From contig CAZVPR010000006.1 in assembly GCA_964629085.1 (NCBI GenBank), positions 21,122-85,121 of the forward strand: a stretch of DNA of 64,000 nucleotides. Direction: 5' to 3'. The notes below the pieces were generated by a model. The model did not search any database, had not been told where the DNA came from, and saw only the letters and a program-made list of their open reading frames with translations. Shown piece by piece: positions 29,054 to 38,634 of the stretch. The DNA is from an uncultured Anaerolineales bacterium (GTDB lineage: Bacteria; Chloroflexota; Anaerolineae; Anaerolineales; UBA11858). Made by a program: the position numbers and the translations under genes. Numbering within the stretch: position 1 is the first letter of the stretch; the number at the start of each line of letters is the position of its first letter.

Positions 29054-29734
29054 TTACGCAGGCTTTGTCGCAAGAACGACATCCACAGGCAATCCCCACA
29101 TTTTGGCTTCTTCCACAGCTTTGATTTGAAATCCAGCATCGGACATCGCATCAGTCAGATAAATCGGACGACAATCAACATAGTTTGGCATCTTGTCATG
29201 CGCCCACTCATACAATTGCACTGCTAAAGTATCACGGCTCTTTTTTGCCATGGAAACAACGACAATCCGCTTGCCAGCTTGCAAGACTCTATAGCATTCC
29301 TGCAGCACGATTGGAATTTCAGGAGTATCAAACAATTCCAGGGTGAAGCTGGAGAAAACAGCGTCAAAGAAATCATTGTCAAAGGGCAACTTTGCAGCGT
29401 CCCCCAGTCTTAGATCAACACGGTCTGTCAAATTTACCCTTGCTATGCGATCGGCAGCTTTCTCATGCATGCCTTCAGAAAGGTCCAGACCGTAAATGCG
29501 ACCGGTTTCTTCAACCGATTGCGCCATCGAAAGTACGCTTTTTCCGGTGCCATATCCAATCTCTAATATTCGCTCGCCTGGGGCAGCTTGCAATAAATCC
29601 AACCCCATTTTCACAAACTTCCACTCACTTGAACCAGCCATCAGATCATAGAATTTGCTCATGCGATCATAGGCAGCCCGGGCAGCAGTTTTTGAACGGG
29701 TGACACGGCTAATTTGATTGCGATCTTGAGGCAT
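29054..29734 (-). CDS. Class I SAM-dependent methyltransferase (UbiE-like)
   Basis: ILEIGYGTG, GLDLSEGM, GDAAKLPF and RVLQAG. Confidence 0.88.
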   Translation of the reverse strand: MPQDRNQISRVTRSKTAARAAYDRMSKFYDLMAGSSEWKFVKMGLDLLQAAPGERILEIGYGTGKSVLSMAQSVEETGRIYGLDLSEGMHEKAADRIARVNLTDRVDLRLGDAAKLPFDNDFFDAVFSSFTLELFDTPEIPIVLQECYRVLQAGKRIVVVSMAKKSRDTLAVQLYEWAHDKMPNYVDCRPIYLTDAMSDAGFQIKAVEEAKMWGLPVDVVLATKPA

Positions 29735-29868
29735 TCTCCACACTCCAAATAGTCTGAAAACAGGACCTGGAAATTATTATAAAGTATTTGCCGGAAAAAT
29801 CAGTATCCAGGTGAATGCCAATAGAAATCGATAGTCACCCGGATACCTCAATCCATTAGGTTTTCAAT

Positions 29869-30705
29869 TTAGGAGACCAACCCTGCAATTATCTTCGAGC
29901 AACCTCCACTTTTTATAAAATCGGCATGATCTGCGACGTTCTCAAATTTTCGTCCGGTGATCGCGGAACATTCAAACTCATAGTCAGAAAGTTCCAGAAA
30001 CTCTTCAATCTTTTCATTTACCCAGGTCCCCGAGTAGCTGAAACCCTCCACTTCCACGGGTTCTTCCAAACCCTTGATCCATATTGCGGCGCCCAACGCA
30101 CCACAGCCTCCGCCACTGAAACCAATCCCACCAGCGAACCCGGCAGCCATAACCTGATGCAATCCGGAGAGCCCCATTAGTTTTGCCAACATGGACGCGC
30201 AGCTTACAGGAGAAGCTGGCGCTTCAGATGGTTCTTCAGAAAAAATGTTGTCGAATTCATTGCGCACATCTTGTGCATAGCTGGCGGCCATGCGGAAGCA
30301 GCCGATGGGACCACCTTTGATGAAGAACTTAAATATTGACTTGGCATCAATTTCTCCCTGCATATTGAGGTCAGAAATCTCTAGGCAATTGATCTCATTT
30401 TTGCTGTGACCATGGAAAGTTTTCACCAGCCTTTGCGAGGCCGCCAGCGCGGCGGTTTCAGCTTTAGGTCCAGAGCCATAAAGTTGGTGAGCCCTGGCTC
30501 CAGCAGCCAAAGCAGCCCCCCACAACATGCCGCATTGATAACCCAGGTTGGCAATACCGCCCGCCAGGGGCATGGTAGCTTTTTCCTCGACTTTTAATGG
30601 ATGATCGAAAGATGCGTCCACGACGCCCATTATCGTTTCAGATCAGGTGCCCTCACGAAGGAAAGTTCGGATGGTTCCCATTTTAGATAGTTTTGTTTGG
30701 TTCAT
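29869..30705 (-). CDS. C-GCAxxG-C-C family redox protein, two-domain, probable selenoprotein (UGA at 30643-30645)
   Basis: QCGMLWGA and GCGALGAA repeats. In-frame N-terminal extension MNQTKLSKMGTIRTFLREGT*SETIMGVV from an RBS-preceded ATG at 30705. SECIS-like hairpin after the UGA. Confidence 0.75.
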
Positions 30706-30727
30706 TGCATTTTCCTCATCATCGTCA

Positions 30728-31117
30728 TCAAGATTCAACTTTAGGCCATTTCAACGCCAGCCATATGATAACCAACATACAGATAGTTTCTACACCTGCA
30801 AAGAATATGTATGAAAGCGTGGCGCTGCCACCAAGGATGATGAACAATATCGTAATCACACTGGCGATAATATTCAGCCACCGATTAACACCCTGCTTCA
30901 AAACCCGAGATAAGATGATCATCGCGATGGGAATTTCGATAAGAATCGAGAAAACTAATAATAACCCTTGCGTTACATCGATCCCCAAGTCGCCGGCGAT
31001 GATATCTTCAAGCGCCCCAGGGTGCACAAATCCAACGATGTCCGCAAATGCCATGTTGAACATGACAACGATCCACAAGGTCGAAATGAGAATACGGGTT
31101 TCACTTTTGGCATTCAT
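30728..31117 (-). CDS. Small membrane protein, DUF6326-like
   Basis: STLWIVVMFNMAFADI, EIPIAMIILS and NRWLNII, four TM helices, AAGGAG RBS. Confidence 0.6.
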   Translation of the reverse strand: MNAKSETRILISTLWIVVMFNMAFADIVGFVHPGALEDIIAGDLGIDVTQGLLLVFSILIEIPIAMIILSRVLKQGVNRWLNIIASVITILFIILGGSATLSYIFFAGVETICMLVIIWLALKWPKVES

Positions 31118-31219
31118 TTGTTCTCCTTTTTTATAGAAGGAACGCTGTTCCTTCTTCTACAGCTTCGCTTTAAAGGTCTTCGTAAGGAAATACGTTCCTT
31201 AATAATATTGCAAAACTTA

Positions 31220-32188
31220 CTAGATACCATCTTCCATGGTGATGACTATTTTCCCTTGGGCATGCTCCTCATCTAGATGGCGAAAGGCTGCTGGCGTTTC
31301 ATGCAGCGGGAACGTCCGATCTATAATGGTTTTTAATTGACCAGCTTCGAAAAGATTATTCAGAAAGACAAGATCCTTATTGTTCGGCACCGCCAGAAAC
31401 ATATCGCCAATCTGCGGCATAAAAAGTTTCAACAAAGCAGCCTTAATTACGTACCCCATGCCGCCATGACCGCTGTTTGGGATTAGCTTACCAGCGGGTT
31501 TGAGCGCGCGTTTCAAATCAGCAAAGGAGCGGCTGGCAATATTATCAAGGATCAAATCATATTGCTGCCCTGATTTCGTGAAATCCTCTTTGGTGTAATC
31601 AATCACATAATCTGCCCCGAGAGAATGAACCATTTCAACATTTCGTGTGCTACAAACGCCCGTCACCTCGCCGCCCAAAGCCTTGGCAATCTGCACAGCG
31701 TAGATCCCTACGCCTCCCGAAGCACCATTGATCAACACTTTCTGTCCCGGCTGCAAATTGCCCAGATTGCGCAACCCGTGTAATGCAGTAATTGCAGCCG
31801 TCCCCAGGGTGGCAGCATGCTCAAAGCTGAGATTGTCTGGTTTTATGGCCAGACTATCTTCACCGGCACTGACATATTCCGCAAGAGTGTGCTGGCAAGA
31901 GCCATAGACATGATCACCGGGCTGGAATTGGGTTACTTCACCCCCAACTGCCTCGATCGTCCCAGCCAGGTCCCAACCCAGAATGTAATCTTTAGGTTTT
32001 GGAAAACCTACCGAAAACCTCACTAACCAGGGCGTCCCTTTCAACGAGAAGAGATCTCCAGCATTTAGGGAAACTGCATGGATTTTGACCAGGACCTTTT
32101 TTTCGCTGACTTCGGGTTTTGGAATTTCTACCATTTTGAGCGCATCGGGGGATCCGTAGCCGGTTTGTATGACCGCATTCATAATCAT
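31220..32188 (-). CDS. NAD(P)-dependent MDR family alcohol dehydrogenase/oxidoreductase
   Basis: YGSPDAL, ILGWDLAGTIEAVG, VLINGASGGVG and LGADYVIDY. Paralog of 25917-26846. Confidence 0.88.
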   Translation of the reverse strand: MIMNAVIQTGYGSPDALKMVEIPKPEVSEKKVLVKIHAVSLNAGDLFSLKGTPWLVRFSVGFPKPKDYILGWDLAGTIEAVGGEVTQFQPGDHVYGSCQHTLAEYVSAGEDSLAIKPDNLSFEHAATLGTAAITALHGLRNLGNLQPGQKVLINGASGGVGIYAVQIAKALGGEVTGVCSTRNVEMVHSLGADYVIDYTKEDFTKSGQQYDLILDNIASRSFADLKRALKPAGKLIPNSGHGGMGYVIKAALLKLFMPQIGDMFLAVPNNKDLVFLNNLFEAGQLKTIIDRTFPLHETPAAFRHLDEEHAQGKIVITMEDGI

Positions 32189-32910
32189 TCCTCTCTTAAA
32201 TAATATTTTCCACAGTTTGGAATTATATCTTGCTCATATAAACTCTAACTAATAACGAAGGATTTGCATAAATTATTCGGTTCTTTCGGATTCCACCTCC
32301 ATTATCACCCAAATTGCGTATCAGCCCGCATTTTCAGCTACGATTTCGCTATTTTGAAACTTGAGAAATTGATTTGAAAGAATCAATAACAATGTCAAGG
32401 AAAAAACATAAAATAGAGTTTTCACCAGGATTCCTATCACCGGGGAAAAAGAATTGACTGAGGATAGGCGCTATTTATATATTTAGAAAAGATGATCTTG
32501 GTGGCTTAAATAATTTTGACGACACCAAGGGGGGCAGCCAGAAAGGAGGCATAGATTAGCCCCCGCGGAATGTTCTGCTCGAATAATTTGAACCCACGAT
32601 TGGATTCCAGAAACCCGAGGAGGAATTAATCCTTGAGGCGAGGTGTGCAATATCACTACGCCGGGCGCGTGAGTACGTTAATCCAAGAGATGAGTAGCCC
32701 ATGTTTGGTGTAAGAGAAACTTACGATTGCATAGGGAGTTGATCACACACTACTATTGAAAGAATAATTCATAATTGCTATTTACATTCAATTGTTGGCA
32801 GAAAAGTGCATTTACCAACAATTCCCAACCAAACCAAACAGAAATAATCACTAAGTGAGATTAAAATTTAGACAAGTAAAATCTACATTTAGAAATTGTA
32901 GTCGCATTTG

Positions 32911-32991
32911 CACTCGAAAAGGCAAACCTACTGCGAGGTAGGGACGCAAAGCCACGGATCTTGAATAAAGATAGCCGGGTTACCAAAAGTG
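32911..32991 (+). ncRNA. Cyclic di-GMP-I (GEMM-I) riboswitch
   Basis: GGCAAACC-tact-GCGA-ggta-GGGACGCAAAGCC...ATAGCCGGGTTACC matches the class I aptamer consensus, with a GNRA loop and P1 cact/agtg. Followed by a T-run and upstream of the tad genes. Confidence 0.9.
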
Positions 32992-33221
32992 TTTTTTTAT
33001 TGCCGATTAGATAATTTGGGAAGGAAATTGAATTAGTGGCACAAAATAAATCGGGATGCTGGCAAGACTTTGGCGAGACTCTCCAGCAACCCGGGCAAAC
33101 CCTGACGACCTCAGGTCGTGCTAAGGGCTATTTTTAAAAGGTAACATAAATGGATTTTATGTCAATAATAAAAATCATTGCAGATCAAGTACGATCAAAT
33201 TCCAAAAGGAGGCTGATTGTT

Positions 33222-33908
33222 ATGAAGAAAAACAATCAGGGGCAAAGCTTTACTGAGTTGGCGCTAATTTTCCCCATATTATTGTTGATGATTGCAGGAT
33301 TTGTTGAAGTTGCCTTTTTTTCCTATCACTATTTGGAAGCTATCGACTTGACCAGAGAGGCAGCACGATATGCATCCGTGCGCGATCCCTTTGAATTAAA
33401 TGCTCCCGTTAGTGGATTACCTACCGCGGCCTGCAACGATTCAGACTTTCACTTTTACTTTGACACAGCCTGCGTAATACTTTACTCGAGTGAGAACCAA
33501 AGCATTTCGTTTGACCCCCAGATCGATGACATCACGATTTCTGTTTTCACTGTCGCAAACAATTCGGTTTCTGACCGTTGGCCAAACGATGGGGACGGAG
33601 TCTGGGCAATTTCGACATCAAGCGACCTATGGACTGGCGCCGAAAACTGGACGAAAGATTGTCAAGGGAACACTATTTCATTCCAACCCAATGTCACCAA
33701 TGCCGATGTTCAAGCCTCCTTTCAAAGTGGAGCACCTACAAGTCGGGGGTACGTGCTTGTAGAGTTTTATTATTGCCACCATCAGGTACTCAATCTTCCG
33801 ATATTATCTGATTTTATCCCCACTCCTCTTCGTATTCGAGCCTACTCGTTTATGCCTGCCCCAGAAGCCCTGCCAACACCTACCCCCATTCCGGTGGCAT
33901 CACCCTAA
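33222..33908 (+). CDS. TadE-like minor pilin
   Basis: AAAGGAGG RBS and prepilin motif GQSFTELALIFPILLL...REAARYAS. Confidence 0.85.
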   Translation: MKKNNQGQSFTELALIFPILLLMIAGFVEVAFFSYHYLEAIDLTREAARYASVRDPFELNAPVSGLPTAACNDSDFHFYFDTACVILYSSENQSISFDPQIDDITISVFTVANNSVSDRWPNDGDGVWAISTSSDLWTGAENWTKDCQGNTISFQPNVTNADVQASFQSGAPTSRGYVLVEFYYCHHQVLNLPILSDFIPTPLRIRAYSFMPAPEALPTPTPIPVASP

Positions 33909-33938
33909 TTATGGTGAAGGATATTCAAAGCCTGTTTA

Positions 33939-35525
33939 TTGGATGCAATCATGAGGAAATTTAAACGTCGAAAAGAAAAACAGATGTTCAGGCAGTTATT
34001 CGTTGAGAAATTCCGGAGAAATGGTACATCATCACCTGAGCTCGAAATGCAAAGCGGGCAGGTTTTGGTTATGTTCGTGATCTCATTCATGGCCATAGTG
34101 GCTTTTGTCGGAATCGTGACAGATGCTGGGGCGCTTTATGTAACCTATACTCAATTGAAACGAGCAGTTGACGCAGCCGCGGTTGCAGCCGCAAATAATC
34201 TCAAAAATCCAGGACTGACATACTCAGAACGCAAGACTCGGATGACCGAAGCAGCCAGAGAAATGCTTGATATGCATAATATTGCCAACATCAATTTATT
34301 AGAGGTGTACACATGCAATGACAGCACCTTACCAGCGGAGTTTTCAAATGATTGCCTCAGCTTTGGCCCAGACCCGAGAAAATTAGCCTGGGTTCAAGCA
34401 ACTCAAGAATCGCCTGTATATTTTTTGAGCTTATTTGGCATTCAAGATGTTCCCCTTACGGTCAGATCAATCGGTGAGGCTGCCACGATTGACCTGGTCA
34501 TTGTGATCGACTCATCTGAATCTATGGGCTCAGAAACAGCAGGATATGGGCCAAATTTTGATCCAAATTTATCATGCAATCCTACGAATACATGTGAACC
34601 CCTGTTGACTGCAAAAAATGCTGCCAAGGTTTTAGTAGACAATATGTTTGAAGGGTACGATCAAATTGCGATAGTAAGTTTCGATTTCGACGCAAAAATG
34701 GAAATCAATCTGACCAACTCACCATATTCAGGTGTCGGTAGTATAAAAGCAGCCATCGATAACATTAAAGTTCATGATGACACACCCGTCCCTCTCGATC
34801 CGGTGACTCTAAATCCAGTAGATTCTGGGACCTATAACCCTCTGAATGTTGATGTTGTCAATCCCGGCGATCTTCCCAACCCTCATCCCAACAATGCGGT
34901 GCTATCGACATGCACCGGATGTGCAATTCGAGAAGCGGGGAAGATTTTACTAACTCATGGTCGCCGCGATAGCGTTTGGGTGATCGTATTCCTTTCGGAT
35001 GGCTCAACCAATGTGAGCGACATCCCCCCCAAAGTGGATAGCATTTACCCAAACGGATTTTGCGGTGGCGCGATTGGTGAAAGCCTGTGGATTAACCCTA
35101 TGTGCAGAGATGCCAATCCTGCCACCAGACATTGTGGACCCTATCATTCTGATATCTCCGAATGTGCCCCCGGCGCAACGTGGGCTGTTACCAGTCCCCC
35201 ATATGATGTAGAGGATTATGCCCGAGATATGATCGACCGGGTTGCCCTTTGGGACGCGCCAGACAATGAGCCAATCACTGCTAATCAAGTCACAATTTAC
35301 AGTATTGGCTTGGGTCACGCCGCGGTAGCCCCTCATTATGCAGGTGAAGAAATGCTGCGCTACATGGCCAATGTGGGTGAAAACGGCTCCAGACTAAACG
35401 ACCCCTGCGATGGGGTGCCGCATCAGAAACACTGCGGCAATTATTATTACTCGCCAGATGCTACTCATTTGGCAAAAATCTTCGAGGATATTGCTGGCCG
35501 TATCTTTTCACGCATCAGCAGGTAA
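33939..35525 (+). CDS. TadG-like pilus protein with vWA domain
   Basis: SGQVLVMF...DAGALY...AVDAAAVAAA Tad N-terminus, MIDAS-like VIDSSESM and VFLSDG, IYSIGLG. Start uncertain (33939, 33951 or 33984). Confidence 0.85.
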   Translation: MDAIMRKFKRRKEKQMFRQLFVEKFRRNGTSSPELEMQSGQVLVMFVISFMAIVAFVGIVTDAGALYVTYTQLKRAVDAAAVAAANNLKNPGLTYSERKTRMTEAAREMLDMHNIANINLLEVYTCNDSTLPAEFSNDCLSFGPDPRKLAWVQATQESPVYFLSLFGIQDVPLTVRSIGEAATIDLVIVIDSSESMGSETAGYGPNFDPNLSCNPTNTCEPLLTAKNAAKVLVDNMFEGYDQIAIVSFDFDAKMEINLTNSPYSGVGSIKAAIDNIKVHDDTPVPLDPVTLNPVDSGTYNPLNVDVVNPGDLPNPHPNNAVLSTCTGCAIREAGKILLTHGRRDSVWVIVFLSDGSTNVSDIPPKVDSIYPNGFCGGAIGESLWINPMCRDANPATRHCGPYHSDISECAPGATWAVTSPPYDVEDYARDMIDRVALWDAPDNEPITANQVTIYSIGLGHAAVAPHYAGEEMLRYMANVGENGSRLNDPCDGVPHQKHCGNYYYSPDATHLAKIFEDIAGRIFSRISR

Positions 35526-35578
35526 ACAGTCCTGTATGAGCGCATGGTTATGCCAGGGATACCATACAGGGTAAAACT

Positions 35579-38569
35579 ATGAACAAAACATCGAAACTAT
35601 TACCCTCAACAAAGAAAGGCCAAGGGCTATTAGAATTTGCCATCGCCTTACCGATATTGCTGTTATTAATTTTTGGCATCATTGAATTTGGCCGTCTCAT
35701 GTTTTCTTGGATGGCTGTCCAAAACGCCGCCCGCTTCGGAATGCGGTACGCCATCACTGGGGAATATGATCCCGGTTATTGCGCTGATGCTGGTGCTGCT
35801 CTGGGAAGCGGATATGCCGATGCTGATTTGGCGGATGGCGTCGCCGATTGCCGTGTCCCTGATGGATATTCAATAAATTCTGATGATATAGAAAATACCC
35901 TGGTGGATTGGGCACGACTGCCCTCCATTTATGATGCTACGCAAGCGGGCAGCGCGGGTATTTGGATTGACAGCGGAATTATTGGGGATTATCTGACTTA
36001 TTTAGGCAGCCATAGTCAGGCCGATCTCGGGAAACCACAAGAAGAAGGCTATTTCCATGTAACTGTTTGCAGTACCCGTAAGGAAAATCCTCCTTATGTC
36101 TATGACAACAGTAATTATGAAATTCCTTTATGCAAAATGTCCTCAGATAGTACGCTGATGGATAATGCTGGAATACCTGGCGAACGCGTAATGGTGGTAA
36201 TTACCTATCGCCACAATATGCTGTTGCCGTTTATTTCCTCAATTTGGCCTGATGTTCCCTTGGGCGCGCGCCGCGAAGGCATCGTAGAAGATTTCCGCAA
36301 CAAACGAATCCACAGCGTAGTGGGCGGGTTTACACCCGCGCCCACCTGGACAGACACAGTGGAGGTTGCAGAATCTTCTACGGCGACCAACACATTGGAT
36401 GCTACAGAGACATCCACCGCAACCCTAACCCAGACACCAACCAACACCTCCATCCCGATTTGCGGCAAACTCAGCTTGCAGAATTTTGGATTGCGGGATA
36501 AACAGTTCAGATTTGAACTCAAGAATAGTTCAGGTGAAGATGTCAAGTTTAGTGATATAAAATTGGAGTGGGGCAATTATCAGGGCGTGGCTCCTCCCAA
36601 CCAACACATCACTCGCATCGATATTGGTGAGCCAAACACCCCCGTTGAGGTCACACAATACGCTTCATCAGTTGTATCCTTTAGCAGCGAGTGGAGAGAT
36701 GCGCCGAAATGGGGTTCCGTCCAGGCCTTAGGCGCACCGAACACCCGCAGATGTGGGGATTTTTCAACAGCCTGGGCTCCACTCGAGGGAAATACAGATA
36801 TTGAGTTCCTTCACCTGGGTTATTCTACACCCGTATATGCCACTGGCGTGCGCGTTCGCGAGACCTTCGAAACCGGTTTTGTAAAAGGTATTGAATTGAT
36901 GGAACCCAATGGAACCCGGCATGCGATCGCCATTCCCGAAGATAATACGGGGTGTCCCGGCTGGTTCGAAGTCAAGTTCACGCAAACCAAATATCTGGTT
37001 GAAGGTGTAGTCATTTATACGTCTGGAAATGGTTGGGAAGAGATCGATGCGGTTGAATTAATCGGCTATGATTCGCTCCCTTCTGGACAAATCAAAACCA
37101 TTAACCCTTCCCCCAACAACAGCCACCTGATCTTTGAGAGTGTAAACGCGGCAATCCCATCTGGGAATACCGCCATCATTTTCAATTTCCATGACGGTCA
37201 GGTGAACTCTGATTCGGTACTTGAAGATTATGCTGTATTACTCTCGTTCAACGTGAATGGCTCGACTTGTTTCCTTGAAAATCCTGCCACAAATGACCCT
37301 CCCCCAACGGCTACTGATGCCCCGCCGCCAACATCAGCCGCAACGGCAACTGCTGCAGATCCCTACTCCATCGTGCCGGGCCCAAATGGTGAAATCTGGT
37401 ATCGCGTCGCCGAAGGCGGTGGCTTTGCGGGAGACGCCTGGGTCAAGGTCGAGTGGCATACCAACCCCGATGGATCTGTTACAGCGAGAACTACATTCAG
37501 TGAAACGTTTGTTGATAATACTTATGATTCTCTGAGTTGCAAGGATATTTGCCAGGATGTAGATGATGACGATATTTCACTCAAATTTGAAATCAAATTT
37601 GCCAATGGGGGCATGAAAATATATGGTGTTGATGATTTTTCTGTAACTCTAAATTCTGATGGGGGGCCAGATGACCTCGCTTTTACAGATTTCAAGGTTG
37701 ATAATAATAAGTTTAATTTCAATGTCCACAATATTTCTCGTGATGAAATAGAGATAAATAGATTGATTTTTACCTGGCCAGTGGGCAATGAGGTGTCGGA
37801 AATCAAAATAAAGGGCGACGATGACGATGTAAAAATAAAACTTTCCGATAGTGATGGCCATCTCACCCAAAATCTTGATATTGAAATCGACCCGGCCTCA
37901 TCAGAGTATTTCAAATGCCTGGAATGTCAAGAGGGAAGTCACGCAGTGGGCTGGGGAGAGCGAGGCCACACCTGGAAAGACTTGTACCATTCTGACCATG
38001 TGCTCATCGATTTCAAAGCGTTGGACGGCAGCTCAATATTCAGGGGCAAATTCGATTATGTCGAAGAGGATGGTTCAAACGGTTGTGTGACAAATGGTGA
38101 TGGAAGTGTCGAAGTTGGAAATGCCAGTGATATTGTCAGTTGCGATTCTTCTATGTCTCAAAATACAAAGCTGGCTTGCTACAATCCATCAGGACCTTCC
38201 CCCAAAGTGGATGAAAACTATATACAGGACCCCTCTGACCCTTCATATTGCCCTGGTTGGGAGTTTAGTGTTTGGTACGAAACCACAATCTCACCAGATG
38301 CCTTTGACGAATTTGGATATCCATTGATCACGTATATTCACGCCAGCCCGGCTAAAACTGCTGACAGTAAACCCCTTGTTGTTCCAGGGCCCACCGTTGC
38401 TGCCACGCCGACACTGGTGCCAACCCCCTCGGATACACCAACCCCAACTAACACGGTGGATGCGACCGATACACCTACAGCCACGCCAACCAATACAGCC
38501 ACGCCAACCAACACGTCAGAAGCTACCCCAGGGTGTCCTCCTGATGACCCACGCTACCCGGATTGCTGA
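35579..38569 (+). CDS. Large TadE-like pilin with beta-rich extracellular domains and Thr/Pro-rich linkers
   Basis: KGQGLLEFAIALPILLLLIFGIIEFG...QNAARFGMRYA, followed by about 750 aa of additional domains and TPT repeats. Confidence 0.8.
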   Translation: MNKTSKLLPSTKKGQGLLEFAIALPILLLLIFGIIEFGRLMFSWMAVQNAARFGMRYAITGEYDPGYCADAGAALGSGYADADLADGVADCRVPDGYSINSDDIENTLVDWARLPSIYDATQAGSAGIWIDSGIIGDYLTYLGSHSQADLGKPQEEGYFHVTVCSTRKENPPYVYDNSNYEIPLCKMSSDSTLMDNAGIPGERVMVVITYRHNMLLPFISSIWPDVPLGARREGIVEDFRNKRIHSVVGGFTPAPTWTDTVEVAESSTATNTLDATETSTATLTQTPTNTSIPICGKLSLQNFGLRDKQFRFELKNSSGEDVKFSDIKLEWGNYQGVAPPNQHITRIDIGEPNTPVEVTQYASSVVSFSSEWRDAPKWGSVQALGAPNTRRCGDFSTAWAPLEGNTDIEFLHLGYSTPVYATGVRVRETFETGFVKGIELMEPNGTRHAIAIPEDNTGCPGWFEVKFTQTKYLVEGVVIYTSGNGWEEIDAVELIGYDSLPSGQIKTINPSPNNSHLIFESVNAAIPSGNTAIIFNFHDGQVNSDSVLEDYAVLLSFNVNGSTCFLENPATNDPPPTATDAPPPTSAATATAADPYSIVPGPNGEIWYRVAEGGGFAGDAWVKVEWHTNPDGSVTARTTFSETFVDNTYDSLSCKDICQDVDDDDISLKFEIKFANGGMKIYGVDDFSVTLNSDGGPDDLAFTDFKVDNNKFNFNVHNISRDEIEINRLIFTWPVGNEVSEIKIKGDDDDVKIKLSDSDGHLTQNLDIEIDPASSEYFKCLECQEGSHAVGWGERGHTWKDLYHSDHVLIDFKALDGSSIFRGKFDYVEEDGSNGCVTNGDGSVEVGNASDIVSCDSSMSQNTKLACYNPSGPSPKVDENYIQDPSDPSYCPGWEFSVWYETTISPDAFDEFGYPLITYIHASPAKTADSKPLVVPGPTVAATPTLVPTPSDTPTPTNTVDATDTPTATPTNTATPTNTSEATPGCPPDDPRYPDC

Positions 38570-38634
38570 TAGTATGACTGTCTACTCTTTGCCATGAAAG
38601 GATACTTTGTTAATGAGCCTCAGATTTTTTTACT

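Noticed and set aside
33050-33136. Second tandem c-di-GMP aptamer (gggcaaacc...)
   Set aside because: It lacks the GGGACGCAAAGC and GGTTAC elements. The two hairpins here fit an expression platform or terminator better.
38395-38530. Tandem repeats (acagccacgccaaccaa) resembling an array
   Set aside because: They are coding Thr/Pro linker repeats within the TadE-like gene. There are no spacers or cas genes, so this is not CRISPR.
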